This document shows positions 53,559 through 63,912 of a DNA stretch of 64,000 nt, piece by piece. This DNA is from Gemmataceae bacterium. Lineage in GTDB: Bacteria > Planctomycetota > Planctomycetia > Gemmatales > Gemmataceae. How positions within the stretch are numbered: the first letter of the stretch is position 1; the number at the start of each line of letters is the position of its first letter. The notes beneath the pieces are model-generated. The model saw only the letters and a program-made list of their open reading frames with translations. It was not told the origin of the DNA and ran no database searches. The translations under genes and the position numbers were made by a program. The stretch spans positions 1 to 64,000 of the forward strand of contig JAIBBI010000008.1 of NCBI GenBank assembly GCA_019694755.1. The letters run 5' to 3'.

Positions 53559-54554
53559 CTAATAGTCCAACCGGGCCAGCCGGCGGGCCGCAACAAACAG
53601 CAGCCCGGCCGCCAGGGGAATACCACTGAGCACCGCCAGCTCGGCCGAGAACCCGAGTTCATTCAACCGACGAAGGTCCACCACGGTACGGAACGAATCC
53701 TCGACGGCCATCGATTGCGCCAGCAGCAGGTGGCCGTCGAGCGGCTTGAAGAGAATCCAGTATGCGGATTCGAGCCAGCCCGGCACAGCCCCTGCCGAGA
53801 GCAGCGTATCGTGCCGCAGCAGGTTGATCGTCGCACAGCCGAACCAGCCGACCAGCACCCCGAGCGCGGCCGCCACCGTGCTGCGGGTGAAGACGGCCAG
53901 CAGCGCGGAGAGCGAGAAGAACGTGCCGAAGTGAACCAGCAGGACCGGCACGGCGACGAAGTACCGGATGTCCCAGAGACCTGTCTTGATGCCGAGCGCG
54001 AGCCAGGTCGCGAACACGAATGCTAACGCCTGCAGCGCGACGGCCGCGAGCACACCGACGAACTTGCCGAAGAGCATCATGCCCCGAGAGACGGGCTTGG
54101 CGAACAGCACGCTGGCGGCAGCCGGGTCGAGGAACCCGGGCAGGAACCCCGCGGTCCAGATCAGCGCGAGCAGCACCCCGGCCGTGTCGGCGAGGCCCCC
54201 GGCCAGCATCGTCTGGACGAGTCGAACGGCATGCGCCCCGGTCCGGCTGAGCGGAACTTCGACCGCACCGAAAAGCAACGACATGGCGCCGGTGGGCACG
54301 TCGACGCCTTCATTGCGGACGCCGGCGGGACCAAGACCGATGCGGTCGGCCTCCTTCTGCGGAAGGTACTCGGGATTTTCCCACGGCTGGGTGGGGAGTT
54401 GCTGCGTCTCGCCGTGAATCCCGACACCCAGGCAGAAGACGGTAGCGACAACGGTGACAAACGAGAGCGCGGTAGTGACGCCGGCGGCGCGGGCCTGCGC
54501 GAGGGTTTCGCCCAGAAACCCGCGGCCGGCGAGGAGGAATTGCGGCAAGGTCAT
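53559..54554 (-). CDS. Polytopic membrane protein (ABC-2-permease-like), hypothetical
   Basis: Six or more TMs; no ATPase partner adjacent. Confidence 0.5.
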   Translation of the reverse strand: MTLPQFLLAGRGFLGETLAQARAAGVTTALSFVTVVATVFCLGVGIHGETQQLPTQPWENPEYLPQKEADRIGLGPAGVRNEGVDVPTGAMSLLFGAVEVPLSRTGAHAVRLVQTMLAGGLADTAGVLLALIWTAGFLPGFLDPAAASVLFAKPVSRGMMLFGKFVGVLAAVALQALAFVFATWLALGIKTGLWDIRYFVAVPVLLVHFGTFFSLSALLAVFTRSTVAAALGVLVGWFGCATINLLRHDTLLSAGAVPGWLESAYWILFKPLDGHLLLAQSMAVEDSFRTVVDLRRLNELGFSAELAVLSGIPLAAGLLFVAARRLARLDY

Positions 54555-54626
54555 GCGACTACTCTACCGCGCAAAGAAAAAGCCCGCCGGGAGGAATGCT
54601 CCCGGCGGGCTGAATTGGCCCGAAAA

Positions 54627-57227
54627 TCACTTGATCAGCGTGACTTGCACACCGCCCTGCATGATCCGCTCGAAGGCGGTCCGCAGGTTGGAGATGCGGG
54701 TGTTGTAATCGCCGACGATGATCTTGTACGACTCGAGGGACCCGCCGGCGGCTGTCGTCTTGCCGTTGATTTGCACGTTGTTCAGAAACGTGAGTGCTGT
54801 CGTCTTGGTCGCCGTAGTCGTTTCGAACAGATCGCCGAAGGCGATCGCGTGAACGCGGGCGGGCACCCGGGTTGTCGAGTAGCCGCGGTTGGCAGCGTCG
54901 TCCGGCTTGCAGATCTGCGTCACGGTCGCCAATGCGGCATTCATCACGCCCGAGTCACCGTTGGCGACGTAGGTAGTCGTGCCGATCTGCGTGGTCGTCT
55001 GGTAAAGTGCCTGATATGCGCCGCCGCTGTTCAGAGCACCGGTGCAACTCGTGTTGGGCACACCGTCGGTCTCGAAGATAACCATCTTGGCCGCGCCGCG
55101 CCGACCGTTATACCCGGTGGCAGTCGAGAACTCGTTGTAGGCGAGTTTGAAGCCCATATCAGGACAAGTGCCGCCGCGGGCGTTGGGTACGTTTCCGCTT
55201 AGCTGATATGCGTAGCTGCTGTTGATCGGCCGGACTTCTTGAGCCGGATCGCCGAGCACGTCGAGGAGCGTGTAAGGAAACCAGAGGGCGTTCTTCATCT
55301 TCTGGTAGTCCTGCCCGAGCTTGACGCGCGGCGTGCTGTAGTTGCTGATGTCCGAGAAGAACATCATTCCGACCCAGTCGTTCGGGTGGTTCTTCTGCAC
55401 GTCGTCGAGGGCCGACTGCACGCCGGCCTTGAGCTGCCAGCACTGGGCCTCGGAGCAGGTGCCGGGAGCCATGTTGCCGGCCGGGCCGTCCTCGTCACAA
55501 ATGAACATCAGCATCGTGTACGGGCCGAACCAGAAGTGCGCCCGAGGGCGGTCAGGGTTATCGGTGTACTGCATATACGGGGCCTGACCGGTGGAACTCC
55601 GGTTGCCGGAATTCCGCAGTGAGTACTTCGAAGTGATTTTGGTGGTACCCCAAGCCGTGTCTTCCTTCCCGTGAAAAAAGGAGGCTCCTCCCGACACGCC
55701 GAGGACGTAGTCGATGTACCTCTTCCAAAAGACCTTATCGAGGTCGGTGGTGCTGGTTACGTCGTTGGGGATGGCGGAGTAATAAAGCACCCGGCCGGCC
55801 CGGAGATTGTCGGGGAAAACCTTGGGGCCGCTCTTGATCCACTTGAGGATAGCCGGGTAATCGACCTGGTAACCGGTTTTTGACGGTGCTCGCATCGCCC
55901 CGGCAGAGTCGAACAAAACGTTGTTGTCGTCGACTCGCTGGCCGGAAATGCTGCCCCCGGCGCTGTTTACTGCTGACGTTCCGTAAAAAAAGAACCGCAT
56001 TCGCCAGTCGCCGGGGACGTACCCCGTCGAGCCCGGATCGCCGTAAGGTACGCGCGGATCGGGCGGCCAGATCCAGAACGTTTTTCCGTAATAGGCCGGA
56101 CCGACGGAGTATCCGACGAAAGTTGAGCCGTAACCGCGGTTGATCAGAGGCCCGCCAGCCGAGGTATAAGTTGAGGGCCGGGCGGTATCATCATCCGGCT
56201 CCCAAGTCGTATTTTTCGTGTGCGTGTTGGACGTAATCGTCATGTTCAATAACTCGGCCGCCGTCTTGGCGTAGGCGGCCGTCGCTACGTTGCCGACCCG
56301 CGGCGCTTTGTCGCCGACGTAGGTTGCGGTCGCCGAACTCTGGACATCGAAGTCGTTCGGGGCGGGCGTGGCACACGGCGTGTACGTCATGCTGTAACCG
56401 CCCGATTGCGGGTTGTGAAACGCATTGACGTAGCTGCTGCCCACCTTGGTGAGAAAGTTCTTGATGATCGGTGGGCCGTTGTCGGTCTCCATCGTCATGT
56501 TGTTCGGAGCGTTGTTTTCACCCGAACTCATCGTGTAGTCGGTGGTCCGCTGCATGGGATTGGTACCGGTCGTCGCCTGGCCGACGTACCGCGACCAGTG
56601 GCCAAACTTCGGCCAGTTCGGATCCGGGTTCAGCGACTTCACGCCGTCGCTGCCACCCGTGGGCCAGTTCACGACGGATGAGAACTTCATCGATCCCGAG
56701 AAGTCGAGGACGATCGAAATGTCGCGCGGCCGGTGGACTGCGGTCGCCGTCGCCGAGACCGCGTAGTTGTTGATCCCGAGCACGCGGGCGAAGTAGGTCG
56801 GCTTGGTGAGGTTGATCGTCGCTTCCGTCGCGGTCCACGATCCGCCCGAGGGCGGCGCGGCCGTCGTGCTCGTCGTGAAACTCGACGCATCCGGGACGAA
56901 CCGGAGAGCGGTCGAGTCGTACTTGTACACGCCGGTCTTCACCGTCGTCTGCGCCGCAGTGACGGGCGTATCGAGAATCTTGTTGTAAGTGGCCGTGTTC
57001 TTCGCGGTGGAGACAGATCCGGAAATGTTGTAAGTCTGCGACGCGAGTCCGTTGAGCGCGCGAGCACCCGAGAGGGCCGAGATGTCGGCCGCGCTCTGCG
57101 CTTGCGTCCGCGCCACGGCGATGAGGCCGATGCCGACCGCCAGGGCGATCAGGCCCATCAGTCCGACAATCGACAGCGCGAGCGTGGGGATGATAGTCCC
57201 CCGGCGGTTTTCGCGGTGCAATCTCAT
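54627..57227 (-). CDS. TadG-like pilus-associated protein with von Willebrand factor A domain
   Basis: N-terminal TadE/G-like TM (TLALSIVGLMGLIALAVG...AQSAADISALSGARAL). vWA MIDAS DISIVLDFSGSM. Long Thr/Ser/Gly-rich beta region. Confidence 0.6.
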   Translation of the reverse strand: MRLHRENRRGTIIPTLALSIVGLMGLIALAVGIGLIAVARTQAQSAADISALSGARALNGLASQTYNISGSVSTAKNTATYNKILDTPVTAAQTTVKTGVYKYDSTALRFVPDASSFTTSTTAAPPSGGSWTATEATINLTKPTYFARVLGINNYAVSATATAVHRPRDISIVLDFSGSMKFSSVVNWPTGGSDGVKSLNPDPNWPKFGHWSRYVGQATTGTNPMQRTTDYTMSSGENNAPNNMTMETDNGPPIIKNFLTKVGSSYVNAFHNPQSGGYSMTYTPCATPAPNDFDVQSSATATYVGDKAPRVGNVATAAYAKTAAELLNMTITSNTHTKNTTWEPDDDTARPSTYTSAGGPLINRGYGSTFVGYSVGPAYYGKTFWIWPPDPRVPYGDPGSTGYVPGDWRMRFFFYGTSAVNSAGGSISGQRVDDNNVLFDSAGAMRAPSKTGYQVDYPAILKWIKSGPKVFPDNLRAGRVLYYSAIPNDVTSTTDLDKVFWKRYIDYVLGVSGGASFFHGKEDTAWGTTKITSKYSLRNSGNRSSTGQAPYMQYTDNPDRPRAHFWFGPYTMLMFICDEDGPAGNMAPGTCSEAQCWQLKAGVQSALDDVQKNHPNDWVGMMFFSDISNYSTPRVKLGQDYQKMKNALWFPYTLLDVLGDPAQEVRPINSSYAYQLSGNVPNARGGTCPDMGFKLAYNEFSTATGYNGRRGAAKMVIFETDGVPNTSCTGALNSGGAYQALYQTTTQIGTTTYVANGDSGVMNAALATVTQICKPDDAANRGYSTTRVPARVHAIAFGDLFETTTATKTTALTFLNNVQINGKTTAAGGSLESYKIIVGDYNTRISNLRTAFERIMQGGVQVTLIK

Positions 57228-57268
57228 GGCGGTCGATCCTCAGTAGGGCGTCGGACGGTGTGCGGGTC

Positions 57269-57730
57269 TTAGTTGGCTTCACTGGTCATTACGGCCGACA
57301 CGTCGATGTTCTTCGGGCCGACACCGATCAGATTGCCGGCCACGAACGTGTAGCTGCCGGTGATCTTCACGCAGATTCCCGCGCCGAACTGCGCGTCGTT
57401 CCAGTTGGCCCCAGCCACCGCGGTCGGTGGGCTTACGCCGGCCTGCGTCGGAAACACGGACACCGTGTAACCGGTCAGAAAGCTCTTCTGCGAACCCAGG
57501 ATGGTATCCACTTGCGATTTGACTTGCGCCAGTGTCGTGCCGTCGCCGGTGTGGACGACGGCATACCGCGCGCCCTGGGCCGTGGCGTTGGCGGCGACGT
57601 GCATGAAGAACAGGTATCGGCCGTACTCCAGAATCCCGAGCAGAAACAGCAGGAAAATGGACAGGACGAACGTCATTTCGACGATCGTGGCGGCCCTGCG
57701 TCGGCCGGTCTTCCGAGGGTGAAGAACCAT
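57269..57730 (-). CDS. TadE-like (Flp pilus assembly minor pilin-like) protein
   Basis: AATIVEMTFVLSIFLLFLLGILEYGRYL TadE/G N-terminal motif. Confidence 0.65.
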   Translation of the reverse strand: MVLHPRKTGRRRAATIVEMTFVLSIFLLFLLGILEYGRYLFFMHVAANATAQGARYAVVHTGDGTTLAQVKSQVDTILGSQKSFLTGYTVSVFPTQAGVSPPTAVAGANWNDAQFGAGICVKITGSYTFVAGNLIGVGPKNIDVSAVMTSEAN

Positions 57731-57745
57731 GGGAGCCTTCTCCGG

Positions 57746-58270
57746 TCAGGGGACCGAGTTCCAACTGGGAATCGTTGTGTTGATTGTGAACGGGTCGTCG
57801 CACATCGAAACCCAGTCTACTCGGGCCTGCAAATTCGTGATGCCGAGCAGATTGAGCGTCGTGATCCGCACGTTGTTGTACGGCACCGTCAGTGTGACCG
57901 AGAATCGCTGGTTCTTGGTCGCCTGAAACGGATTCGCGCTGGCCGTGTTGCCGTCTTCGAATCGGAACGCCACGGTCACACCGGTCGTATTCGTGAAGCC
58001 CGCGCCTTTGAGGTAGTCGATCGTGGTCTGCTGTACATTGGGAGTCCCGGAGGTCGTTTGAATCTGGGTGTACGCCCCGGTGACGTTGATCGTCTGGCCC
58101 TGGGCGGCGATTCGCGCGCCTTCGCGGGCCGCGTTGACCATCACCTGCTGCACGTGAAGGACCCGCCCCAATTCCCACGTGCCCATCATGAGAGTCAGCA
58201 TCACCGGCAGGACGAACGCCAGCTCGACGGCCGCGATCGCCTTCCGGGGTATTCGGGTGTGAAGTCGCAT
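57746..58270 (-). CDS. TadE-like protein (second copy)
   Basis: Start at ATG 58270 (MRLHTRIPRKAIAAVELAFVLPVMLTLMMGTWELGR). ORF-track extension to 58348 rejected. Confidence 0.65.
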   Translation of the reverse strand: MRLHTRIPRKAIAAVELAFVLPVMLTLMMGTWELGRVLHVQQVMVNAAREGARIAAQGQTINVTGAYTQIQTTSGTPNVQQTTIDYLKGAGFTNTTGVTVAFRFEDGNTASANPFQATKNQRFSVTLTVPYNNVRITTLNLLGITNLQARVDWVSMCDDPFTINTTIPSWNSVP

Positions 58271-58306
58271 AACGGTGCCCTCGGTCGCGGGGCGCAATGC
58301 CCTATC

Positions 58307-58341
58307 GACACTGTGTGTCACGTTTGCCGGATATGCAAACG
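58307..58341. promoter_or_regulatory. Two palindromic candidate operator sites upstream of the tadE-like genes
   Basis: GACACtgtGTGTC (58307-58319) and CGTTTGCcggatatGCAAACG (58321-58341), 35-70 bp upstream of the tadE start. Confidence 0.3.
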
Positions 58342-58582
58342 CGATCACCGATTCGACTCATCAGGGACGGGGAAGGATGAGAAACCGCGCGGAGTTCTTG
58401 CGCACCGGCAAAGAGGGGTCAAGCCGGAGCAACGCTAATTCCTCAATTCGACACTAGGTCACGATTCTGGGCAGTGCAAATGGAATTCGAACAATTTCTT
58501 TCCCCGGCTCGTACAGCAGAAAACCCTTGCAAACGGCGCGGCACCGTGCCAAAGTCACTTCACGGGAATCGCAGCCGGAATC

Positions 58583-59914
58583 ATGGCCGTACCGCAGTCT
58601 CCAAAGGAGTTCCTCGACCTGGTTCGCCGCAGCCAACTGGCGGGCGACGACAGACTGCGTTCGTATGATCCCGACCAGTTCCCGACCCCCCGGGTCGCCG
58701 CACAGCAACTCGTCGACGACGGCATCCTCACAAATCTCCAGGCCGGACTGCTGCTCAAGGGCAAATGGCGGAACTTCATCATCAGCGGAAAGTACCGCCT
58801 GATGGAGCACATTGGTACCGGAGGCATGGGCCAGGTGTTCCTCTGCGAACACCTGCGGCTCGGCCGACGGGTGGCGATCAAGGTACTGCCGGCCGAGCGG
58901 GCGGGAGATCGCACCAGCCTCGAACGTTTTTACCGCGAGGCCCAAGCCGTCGCCGCGTTGAACCACCCCAACATCGTCCGGGCCCACGACATCGACACTG
59001 ACGGGCCGCTCCACTTCCTCGTCATGGAGTATGTCGAGGGCGCCAACCTTCAGGACATCGTCAAACGCGGCGGGCCACTCGACGTCGGCCGGGCTGTCGA
59101 GTATGCCGTGCAGGCCGCCTGCGGACTGCAGCACGCCCACGAGGCCGGCCTGATCCATCGGGATGTCAAACCGTCGAATCTGCTTGTCGACCGGGCCGGC
59201 CAGGTAAAGCTGCTCGACCTCGGCCTTGCACGGTTCTTCGGCGATACCAGCGACCCGCTCACCCGGCGCACCGCCGGCAGGAACGTCATCGGCACGGCCG
59301 ACTACCTCGCACCCGAACAGGCCCGCGACAGCCATGCCGCGGACATCCGTTCCGACATCTACGCCCTCGGCGGCACACTGTACTTTCTGCTGGTCGGTCA
59401 TCCGCCGTTCACCACGGGCACGATCGCCCAGAAGTTGATGCAGCACCAGTCCGACCGCGTCCGGCCGATCGCCGAGGAACGGCCCGAAGTCCCGGCCGAG
59501 GTGTCCGCGATCGTCATGCGGATGCTGGAGAAAGACCCGGCCGACCGGTATCAGAGCTGTCTCGATCTGATCGATGTGTTGCTGCCGCTCGCGCCCGAAC
59601 ATGTCCCGCCGCCGTCGTCGAATGAACTGCCCAAGCTCAGCAAGGCGGCCATGAGCTTCGAAGCGCCCTCCGGCCGGGTCATCGCTCCCGAGCGGTCGGC
59701 CGTGCGAAGTCGTCCGGAAAGCGACTCGACGCCGCCGCGTGGCGTCCCCCGGCCGGCGAGCGGGTCCGGTCGGACGGCTCAGCCCGGCTCCGGCAGCACA
59801 CCGCGTCCGCGGTTCTCGCGGCGCATGTTCCTGGCAGCATTACTGGGAGGTGGCGGGGTGCTGGTGGGCACAGCGCTGGGCCGGCTATTCTTCCGAAAAG
59901 GCCCGACGCCCTAA
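58583..59914 (+). CDS. Hanks-type Ser/Thr protein kinase with C-terminal transmembrane anchor
   Basis: GTGGMGQV, AIK, HRDVKPSNLL, DLGLA, GTADYLAPE. C-terminal MFLAALLGGGGVLVGTALG. Confidence 0.9.
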   Translation: MAVPQSPKEFLDLVRRSQLAGDDRLRSYDPDQFPTPRVAAQQLVDDGILTNLQAGLLLKGKWRNFIISGKYRLMEHIGTGGMGQVFLCEHLRLGRRVAIKVLPAERAGDRTSLERFYREAQAVAALNHPNIVRAHDIDTDGPLHFLVMEYVEGANLQDIVKRGGPLDVGRAVEYAVQAACGLQHAHEAGLIHRDVKPSNLLVDRAGQVKLLDLGLARFFGDTSDPLTRRTAGRNVIGTADYLAPEQARDSHAADIRSDIYALGGTLYFLLVGHPPFTTGTIAQKLMQHQSDRVRPIAEERPEVPAEVSAIVMRMLEKDPADRYQSCLDLIDVLLPLAPEHVPPPSSNELPKLSKAAMSFEAPSGRVIAPERSAVRSRPESDSTPPRGVPRPASGSGRTAQPGSGSTPRPRFSRRMFLAALLGGGGVLVGTALGRLFFRKGPTP

Positions 59915-60921
59915 CGCTGAAAGATCGGCAGGTACCCTGCCGGTACGCTCAAGGAAATGACCGCGATCGAGGTAGCGTAACACGGGCCGACGCCCTCGCG
60001 GTCGTAGCCCGCCCGAGTCCAACTCCCGTCGGCCGACTGCAACCGCAGCATCGTCGTCTTCAGCCGGTCGTACCAGGCCTCCCACTCTTTCCCGCCCACC
60101 TGGTGCATGGCGTGCGAGGCGTAATAGTGCCCATACCAGAAATGTTCGCGGGTCTCGAAATTAGCCTTCAGGTATTCGACGGCCTTGGGGATCTGGAGGG
60201 CATCGTGCTTTCCGCTGAGTTGCAGCACGCACACTCCGGCCGCCGTGCGGGCGAAGCCCGGCCGCGTGCGCAGCATGGTCGTGTAACCGAATCCGCCGGT
60301 CCGCTCGTCGTAGCAACTCAGGATGTACTTGATGGCGTTGTCGAGCGTCTGATCGGGGACGTGCAGGCCGCCGTTCTTCGCGGCCCGCAACGCCATCACT
60401 TGCATAATGGTGACGGAGACGTCCGCGCTGCTCGGCGTCGGGTCGTATCGCCAGCCGCCCTCGCGGTTCTGGCAGCGGACGATGAGATCGACCGCCTTAG
60501 CCAACACCGGGCGGACTTCCTGATCGCCGGACATGCCCCACAACTCGGCGAGCGCGAGCGTCGCCATGGCGTGGCAATACATGTTTCCCCCGCGCGAGCC
60601 GACGAGGTAGCCGTCGGCCGTGCCGGAGGTGAGCAGGAAGCGCGTGCCTTTCGAAATCTCCGGCCCGAACGGCCCCTGCCCCGGGAGGTGCCCCTGACTC
60701 ATGTAAGCGAGGAGCGCGAAAGCCGTGATCGCGGTATTGTGCGGAAAGCGGGCCTCGCTCCACGAGCCGTCGGCATTCTGCTTCGTGCCGAGCCACTGCA
60801 GCGCGGACGCCGTCGCCTTGCGGGTTGCCTCATCAATCTTGGCCGTATCGCCGGGCGCGGCCGCGCGGAGCGGGGCGACCCCGAGGGCGGTAATCACGGC
60901 GGCGACGATGAGACGCTTCAT
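59911..60921 (-). CDS. Secreted prenyltransferase/squalene-oxidase-repeat (alpha-alpha toroid) protein
   Basis: Signal peptide; repeated QxxDGSW/GGW motifs (QNADGSW, QNREGGW, SADGSW). Confidence 0.6.
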   Translation of the reverse strand: MKRLIVAAVITALGVAPLRAAAPGDTAKIDEATRKATASALQWLGTKQNADGSWSEARFPHNTAITAFALLAYMSQGHLPGQGPFGPEISKGTRFLLTSGTADGYLVGSRGGNMYCHAMATLALAELWGMSGDQEVRPVLAKAVDLIVRCQNREGGWRYDPTPSSADVSVTIMQVMALRAAKNGGLHVPDQTLDNAIKYILSCYDERTGGFGYTTMLRTRPGFARTAAGVCVLQLSGKHDALQIPKAVEYLKANFETREHFWYGHYYASHAMHQVGGKEWEAWYDRLKTTMLRLQSADGSWTRAGYDREGVGPCYATSIAVISLSVPAGYLPIFQR

Positions 60922-60941
60922 GTCCGAGTATCCGCTGGGTG

Positions 60942-63899
60942 TCAGGGTTTCGGCCGGGCGGGCTCCGCGGCCGGCTTGGTCGCGGGCTTACCCTTGGCGA
61001 CGTTGACGAAGTACTGCTGAATCAGGCTCGAGTACTCCGGCGGCAATTTCTCCGCAAGCGCCTGCTTGATCAGCTCGCGCTGCCTGGCCGGCAGGTGCAG
61101 GAATGAGCCGTCGGCATCGCCCGGCGTGAGCTGGGCTTTCGCATTCTGTTTCAGTTGGTCCGGCGGCCGGTTGCCGTTCGGGTTCTCGGTCGCATCCGGC
61201 GTCTCGTTCGGGTTCTGCCCCGGCTTGTCGCCCGGCTGCTCCCCGGGCTGTTCGCCCGGTTTCGGTGGTGGCATCTGCGGCATCTGCTCGGCCATGGCCG
61301 CGGCCTGCTCGATCATCTGCATCAACTGGTCCAGCGAGTCCTTTGCCTTGTTCTGCGCCTGGTTCGCCTTTTGGGCGTCGCCCTTCTGCAACTCCTGACC
61401 GGCTTTGTCGAGTTGCTGGGCCGCCTGCTCGAGTTGCTGCTTCAACTGGTCCGGCGAATTGGCCATCGCCTGTTTGATCGCCTCCTGGGCCATCGTGGTC
61501 GCTTCCTGCGACTTCGCGAGTTGCTGGGTTGCCTCCATCAGAGCCTTCTGGTCCTTCGCGAGGTTTTCCTTCCCGGCATCCGCCTGGGCCTGCTTCGCCA
61601 TCTCGCTCAGGGCCTTCTGCTGCTCGGTCAGCGCCTGCTTGAGTTCGCCCTTGTTCAGATCCTTGGCCGCGTTCTTCGCCAACTCGGCCGCGGCTTCTTC
61701 GCCCAACTTCTCAGCCAGCTTGGCCAGTTCTTCCTGCTTCTTCGCGAGGTTTTCCGACGCGGGGTTCTTCTGCGCCTGGGCGCTGGCTTTCTGCGCCTCG
61801 TCGGTCTGCTCCATCGCCTTCGACAGTTCGCGAGCCGCCTGGACGGGGTCGATGTTGTTCGGCTGAAGCTTGCTCTGATCGAAGAGTTCTTCCGCCTTGC
61901 GGTTGGCGATCTCGTCCTTCAGCATGCGCTCGGCCCGCTGGAGGTCTTTCTGCGCCCGCTCGGCCCGCCAGGCGGCGTCCTTCGCGTTGTCTTCCTTGAG
62001 CAGCTTCTGGGCCGCTTCCATCTTCTCGGCCGCCTTGGCCACTTCCTTCGCGACCTCCGGCGTCATTTCCTGAAGGTCTTTTGCCAGTTCATTCGTCGGC
62101 GGCTTGACCTTCTCCTGTTGCTTCGCCGTCTCGCGGTTGTCGGGCTTGTCGCTGGCAGCCTGCTGCTTCGCGCGGTCGGCGACGGCCTGCTGCTCCTTCA
62201 CGAGGTTTCCGAGCTTCTTCTCGAGCTCTTCCAGTTGGGCCACTTCCTCGCGCCGCTGGTTGATCTTCTCGGCTGCGTCGAGAAGGTCCTTCTTCGCGGC
62301 TTCGAGCTTCTCGATGGCGGCCTGCTGGTCGCGCTTGGCCGCCTCGGTCTTGTTCGTGTCGAGATCGGTGCCTGCCTTCTTCATGGAGTTGGCGGCATCC
62401 TTGATCAGCTCTTTCGTCTGCGGGGGCGTGGGCAGGGGCGATTGCGCCGTCGCTTCGGTCTGCTTGGCCAGTTCGCGTTCCTTCTGGGCCTGCTGCCGGG
62501 CGGCGTCGGCATCGCGAGACTCAGCCGAGCGGTTCGTCTCTTCCGCGATCGCCTTCTGCTCCTTGATCAACTGATCTATCTGCTTCAATGCGGCCTCGGT
62601 GGCGGCGAGCGGGTCAGCCCGCTCCTTCTCGGCCGCGGCGATCGCCAGGTCCAGCTCCGCGAGAGCGGTCCGGAGTTGGGCGTCGGCCCAGGTGCGGTAG
62701 CCGACCGCGAAGAGTGGCGCGTATTGCCGGGTGGCCTGCCCCGCGATGTGGAGCAGAGCGACGGCCCGGGCAAGGCTCGAGGCCGGTCCGGGGGCGAGGG
62801 TCTTGAGCTGCACCTGGATCCCGCGGACGGAGTGGGCCAGCCGGCCGTTCTCGTCGGCGAGTTGACGGGTCTTCGTGATCACCGGATCGTCGGCAATCAT
62901 CTTGTTGAAGAAGAGGCCGCCGCGGGGCCGGGCCGCGGGCGCTTCCGGCTCGCGGGCGGCGTTCTCAAGTGCGAAGTCGTGGGCCGCCTGCCGCTGCTCC
63001 GTGAGTTTGTCCACGGCCGCGGACAGGTTCTGCCGGGCCTCGCGGAGCGCGAGCAGCTTTTCCTTCGGGGCTCGCAGCGACAGGCTCGCTTCCTGCAGGA
63101 TCGCAGCGACGGCCCACGCCTGCTGAGTCGCGACCTCCCAGTCGCGGTGCCGGTTCTCGACGGTGCCTTCGGGGCGGATGCGCGTGGTCAGCTCCGCCAG
63201 CGCGGTCGCGATGTCGCGGTCGACGAGCAGTTGCTCGGCATAGGTCAACCGCTCACGCTGGTCGGCCCTCAGGCTCAGTCGCAGAGCCCGCAGTTGTTTC
63301 AGGGCGGCGTCGAACTCCTTGCGGTGGTCGTTCTGCTCCTCCGCCTCCCGGCGGGCACGGTTGCTCGGGAAGTCGGCCCGGATCACGCGTTTCCGGCGGA
63401 CGGGGTCGGCCGAGGAGCCGTCGAGCGAATCCTGCAGCACGTCTGAGATGCGAAAGCCGAGTTCGACCTCGTCGCGTGCCAGCTTATCGAGTTTGTGGAC
63501 TGCCGAGTCGAGGTCGCGGATCGCGTCGTACCGTCCGAGCAGATTCTTCAGCTTGCGGAGCGCGTCGCGATGCCCGGCGTAAGCGGCATCGACTTGCTTG
63601 TTGGCCGACTCGGCATCCGCGGCCTTCATCGCCGCATCCAGCTGATTCAGGACCTCGGTCATCTGCTTCTGCGAGAGCCCGCCCAGTGTGCCGGCCGCCT
63701 CCTCGAGCAACTTCTTCTCCCCGCCTGCGTCGAGCTTGTAATGCTCCATGACGCGGAGCATGGTGCCGACCCGGCGGGCGAGTTGCTCGGTGTCCGCCTG
63801 CACGGCAGCCTGGCGGTCGCGGGCGGCCGGGAGGTCGGAGTCCGCAGCCGACACGCAGAGCGGCAGGCCGAGTAACAGTGCTGTCGACAGAGGACGCAT
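60942..63899 (-). CDS. Large secreted coiled-coil protein (about 985 aa) with C-terminal LPPEYxxLIQQYFVNVAK module
   Basis: Signal peptide at Met 63899. Very long A/E/K/Q-rich coiled coil, Pro/Gly/Gln linker. C-terminus homologous to the 32377-33405 protein. Confidence 0.6.
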   Translation of the reverse strand: MRPLSTALLLGLPLCVSAADSDLPAARDRQAAVQADTEQLARRVGTMLRVMEHYKLDAGGEKKLLEEAAGTLGGLSQKQMTEVLNQLDAAMKAADAESANKQVDAAYAGHRDALRKLKNLLGRYDAIRDLDSAVHKLDKLARDEVELGFRISDVLQDSLDGSSADPVRRKRVIRADFPSNRARREAEEQNDHRKEFDAALKQLRALRLSLRADQRERLTYAEQLLVDRDIATALAELTTRIRPEGTVENRHRDWEVATQQAWAVAAILQEASLSLRAPKEKLLALREARQNLSAAVDKLTEQRQAAHDFALENAAREPEAPAARPRGGLFFNKMIADDPVITKTRQLADENGRLAHSVRGIQVQLKTLAPGPASSLARAVALLHIAGQATRQYAPLFAVGYRTWADAQLRTALAELDLAIAAAEKERADPLAATEAALKQIDQLIKEQKAIAEETNRSAESRDADAARQQAQKERELAKQTEATAQSPLPTPPQTKELIKDAANSMKKAGTDLDTNKTEAAKRDQQAAIEKLEAAKKDLLDAAEKINQRREEVAQLEELEKKLGNLVKEQQAVADRAKQQAASDKPDNRETAKQQEKVKPPTNELAKDLQEMTPEVAKEVAKAAEKMEAAQKLLKEDNAKDAAWRAERAQKDLQRAERMLKDEIANRKAEELFDQSKLQPNNIDPVQAARELSKAMEQTDEAQKASAQAQKNPASENLAKKQEELAKLAEKLGEEAAAELAKNAAKDLNKGELKQALTEQQKALSEMAKQAQADAGKENLAKDQKALMEATQQLAKSQEATTMAQEAIKQAMANSPDQLKQQLEQAAQQLDKAGQELQKGDAQKANQAQNKAKDSLDQLMQMIEQAAAMAEQMPQMPPPKPGEQPGEQPGDKPGQNPNETPDATENPNGNRPPDQLKQNAKAQLTPGDADGSFLHLPARQRELIKQALAEKLPPEYSSLIQQYFVNVAKGKPATKPAAEPARPKP

Positions 63900-63912
63900 G
63901 AGTCGCCTCGGG

